Origin: the human T2T-CHM13v2.0 reference genome, Homo sapiens
DNA: 64,000 nt
Assembly (NCBI RefSeq): GCF_009914755.1
Contig: NC_060931.1
Reading direction: 5' to 3' (one strand)
The position numbers were made by a program, and so were the translations under genes. Every line of letters starts with the position of its first letter. Position 1 is the stretch's first letter. The notes below the pieces were generated by a model, which searched no databases, had not been told where the DNA came from, and saw nothing but the letters and a program-made list of their open reading frames with translations. This document shows positions 50,783 to 64,000 of the stretch, piece after piece.

Positions 50783-51634
50783 TTATGTTCCTATGGAGCA
50801 TACTTCAGAGGATGCTGATCTAAAGTATAGCATAAAGATCAAGATCTGGCCCTGAAACTCCCTTTCCAGCCATGATGGTATGAATTCGGATATGACACAA
50901 CTAGTGGTTGGTTCCCATCCTCTGTCTGGCCCATTTTCAAACACGGTAGTGTGGACCCTTTCTCATCCATTCTCATCTTCTGGGTCAGGGGAAAATTAGC
51001 AAGTGACTGCCTCCTGGTGAAATTGAAATAGTGTCATCCCTCCACACAGAAGTGGCATGATCGTTGTGTTTGGGAAGGCTTAGAAAGTGGGAAACATGAG
51101 CTTGACAGACTGCTCTCTGAAGCGAGAGGGCTGCCACGGGGCAGGCTGCTGATGGTGACAGCACCAGCTCCCCGATTTGAACAAGACACCCTGGAGCCAA
51201 CAAGGGCTTTTTTCTGTGGCCAGTCCAGAAAACTTGTCCCTAGCGCTCCCCTGAAGACCTTTCGGCTTCTACTGCAGGCCATGCGCTCCCAGCCTGCCAA
51301 GGAAGAGGCCCAGCCTGCACTCAACAGTCGCCCCCACCCCATGGCACCGGACCACTCTCTCCCGTGCCATGCTGTCCTCTTGGCAAGGCTGATCCCAAAT
51401 GATCTTAGACTCTGTCTTTGATGATCTGCTTGTGAGAGCCTGAGTGAGAGCAGCTCATCAGGTCACACCCCAGTGAGCGAGAACAAGGCTGGGAAGAAGG
51501 GAGAGTGGAAGAACCCTGATTATGTCAGTCTCTTTCATAACCCTCCACGGCCCTCTATTATCTAACCAAGATGACTCTTGGTCTGACATCAGGATTCTCT
51601 GCGACAGCCCATCCTCCACAACCCATCCCTCTAA

Positions 51635-52090
51635 TTACTGGGACAGCACAGTGATTAAGAGTGAACCATGGAGGTAGGACTCTTTGACTCAAACCCTACC
51701 TCTACATGACCTTAACTTCTCCGAGCCTTGGGCTCCATGTCTGTAAATAGAAGGCAATGGTAATAAATAGTGCCCTGCTTCCATGATTGTTTTCAGAATT
51801 GAGATCATGCATGTGAAGTGCTTAGCCCATAACAAGCATTCAATAAACCAGGGGTTTGTAAACTCTGGTCTGTGGACCAAATTCAGCCCACCACCTGTTT
51901 TTATAAGTAAAGTTTTATTGGAACACAGCCACACCTGTATGATCTATGGCTTCTTTCCTGCTATAGCAGCAGAGGTAAGTCATTGCAACAGAGACTGTGT
52001 TGTCCACAAAGCCTAAAATATTTATCATCTGGCCCTTTACCAAAAAAAAAATTGTCCAACCCCTGCAATAAATGCTAACTTGTTAGTGTA
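51635..52090 (+). mobile_element. MIR split by MER58A
   Basis: catgaccttaacttctccgagcc...ctgtaaat...gtgaagtgcttagc...caataaa. Confidence 0.7.
51849..52065 (+). mobile_element. MER58A transposon
   Basis: TIRs caggggtt / aacccctg; 8-bp TSD caataaac/caataaat. Confidence 0.9.
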
Positions 52091-52784
52091 TTCCATTCAA
52101 GCCATATTGCTCACCATTTCTTGAATGCACCCTGTCATTTCCTCCTCTGTCCTTTGCCGAGGCCTTCTGTTCACCTAGAATGCCCTTTTCACCCACCTGC
52201 AGAGCTAAAACACCTAACACAATGTCCGACTCTAGTAATTCTCAGTAGCTGTTTCTTTCTTCTCTTCCCAGCTATGAACTTCTATGACTCTAAGATTCTC
52301 CTGATCCTATTACAGCTAAAAATGTTATCTTTCTAACATCAGTTTCTTCATTGATGCAAACTTCTGACACTGTTTTCAGATACAACTTTATATGTCCCTG
52401 TTCCTTTTTTTTCAATAGGACCTCAATAAATATTTGTTAAATGAATGACAATCATGCTATATATCATCATATATGTCTCTGTGCCCCCTAGGCTTCAATT
52501 CAAGCATTAGCTTCTCCAGGAAACCACCCCTGAACCTACAGTTTGGACAGGTGGGTAGTCTCAGTGAAGCACCACAAAGATCCAATCTGATCAAGGATAC
52601 ATTTGGAGTCCAGAGACTATAGAAATGGTGAGGACATGCCTTTATTATTCCTGCTAGATAACCATCCACACAGTGCTGAAAGTGCCTCACACGGGGACCC
52701 GAAGCACTACTTGTTGTCTCCTTTGTCATCATCATAGTCATCAACTTCCTCTCTTCCTCCTCCTCTTCCTTCTTCTTCCCTTTT

Positions 52785-53965
<1,181 letters not shown>

Positions 53966-54986
53966 ACTGTTCTGGAACTCCTAAAAGAAGATCCCTATTT
54001 AGGAATCCTGTCCCAAAAGGATTCACGTCTCGAGTACCAAGTCTGGTGACTCAGCTCAGAGCAGCAGATTCCTGAGTGCTGAGGTTGCAGGGTGCAGCCA
54101 GGGCCAAGCTTAGTTTTCCTACTGGGGCAATACAGATGAATAGAAGTCCTGTGACCACTGCATCCATGGTGCTGGTAACCAAACCTAGAATTCTGGGGCT
54201 CCAGACAGCGTCTGGGATGCTCTCTGGAGACACAATCATGGGCAAGGGTTTCTATTGTCCCTTCTTCTTCAGCAGTTCTCAGCATCATCTCAGCAGTTCT
54301 CAGTTCCCACAAGCTGCCTCCTGCCCGCTTGTCATCAGAGCTGATTGGTCCAGGGAGGCTGAGGAGCCTAATGACCACTCCTGTTCTGTGTGGTCAACGT
54401 CCAGCTGGTCAGCGTCCAGAAGCTTCTGCTCAGCAAATAGCCTTTGGCTGCTCACGCACAGCCTCTCTAGCGATGTCTCAGCTCAGTTTTTCAGCGGCTG
54501 GCTGGGCTTTTTCAAGGCCCAGCCAGGGTAAGAAATAGCTTGGAGTCTGCCTGCTGTGCCTGGAGAAAGGCAACCCATGTCAGGCTCCGCAGCAGCTCAC
54601 TGCCAGCACCCTCTAGGCGCTCATCTAATGCGCAGGGAGGCAGAACACAGCTCTCCATGCTCCCTGAAGAGGCCTTTCACAACGCAGAGAAAGAGAGCCC
54701 AGCAATACCCCTGCAATGTGTGGGGGACTGAGGTCTCAGAAACAGCCTCTTTGTCAGTATGAAAACAAAGACATGGACCTAAAGTCCTAAATTGTGTTTT
54801 CCAAAAGGCAAATACGTAAAATATGTAAACCAACTTTACTTCAACCTTGATTTACAATAACTTTTCCAGATCTGAGAAAATTCCCCAAATTAAAAATCCA
54901 AAATGGATTCCCTTGGCATGTTTGAAAACATGCTTCCTCTCTGGTCCAACTATTTTAAAATTCTACTGAATTTTTAAATTTACCGT

Positions 54987-55300
<314 letters not shown>

Positions 55301-56062
55301 TTAAAATTCTAGAGGTGAAGAAAAAACCCTGGTCCTTTATTTTCCGTGAGTGCCCTCAGTACCCCAAAAGAGGGAAAGCTCCCTTTCTGGAGAGGAATTC
55401 ATTATCTCCACTAGAACTACCTTCCATTGTACACGTTAATTCACATGAGGCAGGCTATCAGGAAGTGAAATCTCTGGGTACCATGAAAACTTATTTCAGT
55501 TATTGATTTAAACTTCTTTTCCTGGGAAAAGTATAAAGAAAAAGAGCATCAGAGTTGATTCCATGTTTTAAAATAACCTAAATAGAGATACATTTGCCAA
55601 TAAAATAACACGAAGTGAGAAAGAAGGGTAGACAGTGTCTAGAAACTAAGTTAACCCTCCTTCCTCTAGAGCTGATAAAAAGAGATCAGCTTCTTAAAAA
55701 GAAATCATATTCTTCCAATAGTAATAAAAACTGAGGTGTACAGGAACAAATCAATCCTGTGTTAAATGCGTGAGATTATGTTTGCATCCCCCTCATTTCC
55801 TACTTATTGTACTACAGACTTAAAGCAATTTCGGACACATTGGAAAAGCCGTCGGAACACTACATTCCAAAACAACAACTGTGAAATGGTCACAGGATAC
55901 TGCCCAGTTCATCCCCATTTTTTTCATCCCAGAACACAAGAGGATGAATGGATGCAAACCAATTGGAGCCTGGAAAGATGAGTATACAAAAGCTATTCTG
56001 TAGGTGAAGTTGTTAAATACACCATTTCAGGGATACATATGTAATAGAAGGAGAAGATAATT

Positions 56063-56256
56063 AAAGGAAAAGGAAGGAAGGAAAGGAAGGAAACGAAAGG
56101 AAAGAAAGGAAGGAAAGGAAGGAAGGGAGGGAAGGGAAGGAAGGGAAGGAAGGAAGGAAGGAAGGAAGGAAGGAAGGAAGGAAGGAAGGAAGGAAGGAAG
56201 GGAAGGAAGGAAGGAAGGAAGGGGAAGGGAAGGGAAGGGAAGGGAAGGGAAGGAAA
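56063..56256. repeat. (GGAA)n/(GGGAA)n homopurine microsatellite
   Basis: 14 perfect GGAA units at 56144-56199 plus 5 at 56201-56220; one pyrimidine in ~190 bp. Confidence 0.97.
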
Positions 56257-56329
56257 CCCGTTTGGAAATGAGAAGATGTAAATAACACTGAGCTACATTA
56301 CAGGGTAATGGGAAAATAACCTATCACTA

Positions 56330-56620
56330 AACACTATTGATTCTCTCTCTTAAACATTCCTCTGATTTGCCTCTTCTCTCTGCCATCCAAATCCAGGCCC
56401 ATATCATCTCTCCCTTGGAAGATGTGGCAGCCTCTTAAATACACTTGCTCCTCCATCTCTCCCATACCAATCAATCCTACACACACTTCCAAAGTGCTTT
56501 CCCCAAAATGCAAGTCAAATCAGAACAGCTCCCCAGTGCCCGCAGCATAAAATCAAAACTGCCCAGCCAGGCAGGCTCGGCCCTTTACGATCTGACCTTG
56601 CCTTTCTCTCTGGCCCAGCT
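56330..56620 (+). mobile_element. L2 fragment
   Basis: ccaggcccatatcatctctccc...aatgcaagtcaaatca...ataaaatcaaaact...atctgacc. Confidence 0.7.
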
Positions 56621-56819
56621 TCTCCCGAATGTGTTCTGTAGAATACTAATTCAAAGGGATGTTACAGACACAGACACACAAAATGGTTTCTTGGTGAAAT
56701 AAATTGAGCAAGTGCTAGCAGGACAAAGTTAAGTGCAGGATTCTTCAGAACCTTTTAAATGCTAATAAACATTATGAATTTCCAAGAGAGTCTAATAAAC
56801 ACTGCAGTGCTCCAGCCAA

Positions 56820-58102
56820 CTTTCCTCTTCAGGGTAGACAAACCTATCCTCCAGCTTCTGGGAATATTGGCCACTGACCATTCACAGGCCACCACCTAGA
56901 GCTCTGGCTCTCACTGGGATTTGTCCTCAGCCACAGAGCACTGTCTTAACCAAGGATGTGCCTTGGGTATAAGTGACTGGTGATCTAAAGGCCTGGCCCT
57001 CTTGCCTCAATTTGGGACCACTCTGAAAGGCCATCCCAGCCCTAACGCTCTCTGGAGGATAGTCTGAGACCTCAGCTCCAACCACATCAGGTATCAGTGT
57101 GGAGGCCATGGAATGTGCCTGGTAGAATTCCAACTACAGGGAGCATGAGTGACCCAGGGCCCCATGTTCCGAAACGTGTCTATGTGTACACTGAGGCCAT
57201 GTCTACAGTGGGCTACTGCCAGTCCTGAGAGGCACGGGATGTCTTTGCCAGTAGACTTTGGCTGCAGCATTCTCCAACGGCAATCTCAGATGCTCCCACC
57301 CAAACTCCACCAGCCCCAGTGATATGCTGGTAAATGTTCACCAACTACATGATTTTACTATAAATTGTGCTGATATAACAGATATGTAACACACAACGTA
57401 TACGTAATAATAAAATACACAATACGGTTTATTGTAAGCTCCATATAGCCATTGATTCTCACCGAATGCTTTCATTGGTTTTTGCTGAATTCTGCATCTG
57501 TAGTCAGCGTAGGGTCATCAGGGATGATTGAGCGTAGACACAACATGAAGGTTGATTGACATTCTGTTTATATTAATGAATAAGGCAAAAGTGAAAGCAA
57601 AAAATGTGCATCAGAGCTTCACCTGATAGACAATGACATGAGTGAATTCTTTGTTGAATCCAATAAGGGTTTTCAAATATCAGAAGCATGTAACCTCAAT
57701 GCTTGTGCTATTCACAATGTCACAGCTACAGACATGACGCACTTTTTTGGTTTAATATGCATTATTAGCATCCTTTCCATCACTTTTTAAGCCTGGCAAT
57801 CAACAAAACAATAAGTCAGGCCCCAGTTTGAAGCATTTGTCCATTTTTGTGATGCCAATAGTTGCACCATGGCTGATTTCAAGCTACTAGCGTGTGGTCA
57901 GAGTGTGGAGATGGGAAGAGATGGGCCCTGTATCCCATGACACAAGTAGGCACAGGGCGTCTGGCCAGTGGAAGTCCCAGGGGCCTGAGGTGGGTCTGTC
58001 TCACTTCCTTACACGCACGCCTCCCTGGAGCATTCGCCAAGAGACCTTCTGCACATAAGTCTCCACCTCAGAGTCTATTTTTAGGAAATCCAATATAAGA
58101 CA
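56820..58102 (+). mobile_element. ERVL LTR16-like LTR, interrupted
   Basis: ggcctggccctcttgcctcaatttgggaccactctgaaaggcc, and 3' end ctccacctcagagtctatttttaggaaatccaatataagaca. Confidence 0.6.
57316..57990. mobile_element. MER63-like hAT DNA transposon
   Basis: Terminus ccagtgatatgctggtaaatgttcaccaac; internal ggctgatttcaagctac. Confidence 0.6.
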
Positions 58103-58729
58103 ACAGGGAATACAACATGCAGCATGCCCCAAATGTACTGATCATGGGACCAATTTCCATAGAGCGTCTCACAGAACTAGTGTTTTGTGGAATAAAATTT
58201 AGGAAAATGTGACCCAGCTTCTCCTCCTACACCTACTTATCCATTTACATGCAAGTCTCCAAATACACTATGTTTCTCCAGGCTGCAATTCCTTGCACAT
58301 CTGTTCCTTTTCCTGGAATTTCAAGTGGACCATGAGGAGGAAGAAGTCAGTTCCCTGGAGAAATAAGGGGAGGAAGGAGAGGAAGGTTTAACCATATTCA
58401 GCAATACACACACAGAGTATTCATGCCATATGAATCAGGCCTCAGGATCACATTAGGTGCATATGAATCAGGATTTTGAATCAGGATTTGTGGGTACTCA
58501 GAGATTCTCTGCGTTCATTCAGGGGTTTGACTTCAGAAGGCAACAGAAGAGCCACCTGTCTCCTGGCTGCTTGGGAAGACACCACGGGAAGGGTACTTCT
58601 TAGAAACACAAGGTAGAAACAGGTTCTTGGTTCTTAACCAAAAGTTTTTCTTCACAGAAGATCAACTGTTTTTAAAATGAGAAAACAAAATCCTAAAGAC
58701 AGCAAAATAAATGATCAAAATCAGAGTGC

Positions 58730-59123
<394 letters not shown>

Positions 59124-59179
59124 TCAGATATTTTGAAGCCAATAGTGTTACTGCAAGTTAGGAGCAACCAGCACCATCG

Positions 59180-59400
59180 GGAGGCACGGAGTCTAGAGCC
59201 AAGATGCAGCCGGGCTTAAATCCCAGCTCTCCACTTTGCTGTGTGACCTTGATCAAGTTGCTTTACCTCTCTGAGTTTCAGTTTCTTCTATCTGCAAACT
59301 ATAGATGATAATACTTACATGTTAAGAGTTGCTGTCAAGAGCATGGACAACATCCACAAAATGCTTGGTGCATCTGGTACATGCTAACTATCACTATTAT
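59180..59400 (+). mobile_element. MIR
   Basis: ctgtgtgaccttgatcaagttgctttacctctctgagtttcagtttcttc. Confidence 0.85.
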
Positions 59401-59727
59401 TAAAATGCTCATTATCAAAAATTAAACAGAAAAACCGAGGCACTAGGGCTTATTTCTTCTTGTAAGCCTATATGACTGTTTTACACTGAATGAGATTGGG
59501 AATCCACATCCTTTGGTTTCTCAACCAGATCTTTGGAGTCCCGTATCATACTAATGATCGTCAATGACCTGAAAAATCATCCAAAGCTCGGCTGGTGCTG
59601 ACAATGACATTTTCCATGATGGTGGACATAAAACTATAATCTGCTTTTAGATTTGTACCTGGCAAGATGCTTTTAGAAAATTATTTAAATTTTCAATATA
59701 ATGACGGTTGCTTTCTTTTACAATAAT

Positions 59728-59845
59728 TGGCTGATGGGTAGACTAGAAGCCTAACCCTCACCATTATGTAATATACCCATGCAGCAAACCTGCGCAAGTA
59801 CCCCCAAATCTATAACATTTTAAAAAATAAAACAAATAACAAAAA
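59728..59845 (+). mobile_element. Short L1PB/L1PREC-type 3' end
   Basis: ctagaagcctaaccctcaccattatgtaatatacccatg...gtacccccaaatcta plus A-rich tail. Confidence 0.75.
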
Positions 59846-59998
59846 CCAGCTAAAAGTATAGATGGGAAATATTTCTCTGAGTGCTGCACCATTTTGATGG
59901 AAGCTGACAGATTAAAATTCTCAACAAATAAACCCACCGTGGAATGCTAAAGTACACTTTCGGGCAATTTTTCAGAGCAATGGATTCAATTTATTCTT

Positions 59999-60012
59999 GT
60001 CACCATAGCAAC
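59999..60012. promoter_or_regulatory. RFX X-box motif
   Basis: gtcaccatagcaac fits GTNRCCNNRGYAAC. Confidence 0.4.
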
Positions 60013-60923
60013 AAGAGGAATCGTTCTATTATTTTCATCATAGCATTTCCAATTATTTTCTCTCGCCTAGGCCATAGACAAAACTAGAAGGAATGAGGTT
60101 GACCACAAAATGAACCAAAAACTCATAACTTCCTCCCTGGATTAAAGGTTCCTCTTGGGTAGGTAATGCTCTTTAGCCATCATAAATCCCATATTAAAGT
60201 CTCCAGATCATCACTAAAAAAAAAAAGAAAAAATTATTTACTTACGAACATATCACTTTGTCCCTTTTGAATTGGGGGAAGCAAGAAATGAGACCATTTT
60301 ACCAATTATATACACTTTAAAAACGTAAAACTAGTCATTTAATTTTCAGAGAGGTTTCCTTTGGGGGGGGTGAAAGTAAATAATGTTATGCTTCAATGAT
60401 TACACGCTCTCAAAAACTAAGCATGATTCTATTCTATGCCTCTACATTGTCAAATTTCGTATATGGGGGTTAAAATCACATGGCAGCGACTTATCCCTGA
60501 GGTCAGTGTGTCAGATGTGGCCCTTCACACACAAGACAGAGAGGAAGAGGCATAAATGTTCAAGCAGCACTGATTATTTACCACACACAATACCCACATG
60601 ACCCCTTAAGAAGAATGCACCTAGGGAGCAGCCAAAGATAAATACATTCTACAGAAATGAATACAAATGACTTTTCTATCTATGTTACCAGCACACTCAG
60701 GCCTTACCAGCTTTGGGCATAAAATGATGCCACAGTTTAATACCCACTCACTGGATTAGAGAAACGGATCCTCCTTCTTTCTGTGTCCCTTTCCCACTCC
60801 TGCCACATATCTGATCATCTGAAGGTGCAGCCTCCAGGAGGCTCAGAAATCTGACCTCCACTCCATCTCTTCAGCTTCCTTCTCAGCCCGTTCGCTTTGA
60901 CCACAGCTCCCTTCCCGCAGCTC

Positions 60924-60935
60924 CAAGATGGCGGC
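60924..60935 (+). promoter_or_regulatory. YY1 motif
   Basis: caagatggcggc is the full YY1 consensus with its CpG intact. Confidence 0.45.
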
Positions 60936-61117
60936 CACCACCAAGGGAGGAGCCGCTGCCCTTCCCTTTTCATTTCTTCCTAAACTCAATACATTCCCTT
61001 CTCTTAATTCCTGACAGCATGGCTGAGCACTGTGGTTGCTTTCATATTTCCACAGAAAGGTCCAGGGATGAGAGAAGACATGGTGCGGCCACTCTCAGAG
61101 CCCATGGCCCTAATGTC

Positions 61118-62740
<1,623 letters not shown>

Positions 62741-62744
62741 AGCA

Positions 62745-63640
62745 GAGGACTTGTACCCCAAAAAAGAGCTCTCTCAGAACTCAACAATAAGAGAACACCT
62801 AAAGTTTATTTTTTTTTAATGGGCAAAAAACCTGAATGTACTCTTCACCATGGAAATATATGAATGGCAAATAAGCAAATGAAAAGATATTCAGTATAAT
62901 CATCAGGGAAATGCAAATTAAAATCACGAGATATCACTACACACCTACTAGAATGGCTATGGAAATAAATGACAGCTAGTGCTGACGAGGATGCAGAACA
63001 ACTGGAAATCATACATTACCAGTGAGAATGCAAAATGGTACCACACCTGGATATCAGTCTGGTTTTGTATAGTTTTTTTATAAAGTTAAGCATACACTTA
63101 CTATATGACTCAACAATCCCACTCTGAAGTATCCTAAGAGAAATGGAAATGTATGTTAACACGAGAACCTACAGGTAAATGTTTGTATTCGTTTTATCCA
63201 TGATCACTAAAAACTGGAAGCAACCAAGATGTCTTTCATAAACAAAACTATGGTACATCTATTTCATAAAATGCTACTCAGCAATACAAAGAACAGATTA
63301 TTCTTGCAACAACAGGCAATCTCAAATGCATTTAGTTAAAAAAGTCAGATCTAAAAGGCCACATATTTTATGATTTTCTTGATATGATATCCTGGAAAAG
63401 GCAAAACTATTAGATAGGCGCTTAGATCAATGGTTACCAGGGATTGGAGTTGGGGAACAGGATGACATCAAAGGGATAGCATGATAGAGTTTTTGGAGTG
63501 ATGGAATTGTTCTGTAGCATGACTGTGATGGTGGGTACATCACTGTCAAAACCTACACAACTGCACGTCACAAACAGTGAATTTTACTGTAAGTCAATTT
63601 AAAATAAAATATAAAATAGATTTTTAAAATTTAAAAAATA
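62745..63640 (+). mobile_element. L1MC/MD-like ORF2 end and 3' UTR
   Basis: gggaaatgcaaattaaaa...cacacctactagaatggct...aaactggaagcaaccaagatgtc...ctggaaaaggcaaaactat. Confidence 0.8.
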
Positions 63641-63714
63641 CAACACCTGCAAACTACTTTTATTACAGCTGTACCCATGTACTCAGCCTTCCCTCCTGAG
63701 TTCAGGCCATACGG

Positions 63715-64000
63715 GCTATATGATATCAATTTTTGGAATTTGATGACTATTTTTGTGGCCTAATACGTGGTCAATATCTGTAACTACTTTGTTGTATTTG
63801 ATAAGAATGTGTATTCTCTGTTTGCTGGGTACAGAGAATCTTATTTGACCAGGCTTGTTATCTGTATTACTTAAATTCTCTATATACTCACTGATGTTTG
63901 GCTTGCATGATTTATCAGTTTCTGAGAGCACTGTTAAATATTCTCATTGGCTTTGTCAGTTTCCCCTGGTAGTTCCATCAGTTTTTCCTTTCTGTACTTT
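63715..64000 (-). mobile_element. Old L1M endonuclease-region fragment
   Basis: ORF 63716-63931 contains IDHVLGHK (L1 EN IDHIxGxK). Confidence 0.7.

Noticed and set aside
54076-54531. 151-aa ORF ending near a donor-like gggtaag, and overlapping ORFs
   Set aside because: Ser-rich, non-ATG start, no recognisable homology or paired acceptor; consistent with chance ORFs in GC-richer DNA.
59481-59568. Possible - strand terminal exon (SLTIISMIRDSKDLVEKPKDVDSQSHSV*)
   Set aside because: Only a short acceptor and 28 codons; no matching upstream exon or protein I recognise.

Overview
Primate (human-like) non-coding DNA, intergenic or deep intronic, made mostly of interspersed repeats. It holds about 31 Alu copies (J, S and Y types), two truncated L1PA copies (L1PA8-like on -, L1PA5-like on + with a complete but disabled ORF2), older L1M/HAL1/L2/MIR fragments, many solo LTRs (MaLR THE1/MST/MLT1, ERV1 MER4/MER61/MER51-like/MER31-34-like, ERVL LTR40/LTR67/LTR16-like) and DNA transposons (MER115, MER82, MER20, MER5A, MER1B, MER58A, MER96B, MER63, MER3). 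I found no cellular protein-coding exon, RNA gene or CpG-island promoter; the ORF track is explained by L1, Alu and chance ORFs. I cannot support a new multi-gene system. The main unexplained signals are: (1) about 2.3 kb of apparently unique DNA (35.5-37.8 kb) that keeps collinear, degenerate endonuclease and reverse-transcriptase motifs of an ancient RTE-clade LINE, plus a second RTE-like piece at 42.0-42.5 kb; (2) a ~100-bp inverted duplication running past a MER58A end into flanking DNA; (3) a fold-back hairpin at the 5' junction of the L1PA5-like copy; (4) a three-level nested insertion carrying two tandem CTCF motifs convergent with one at 17.9 kb; (5) a long GGAA microsatellite. Family names come from recalled consensus sequences, not a database search, and boundaries of old repeats are approximate.
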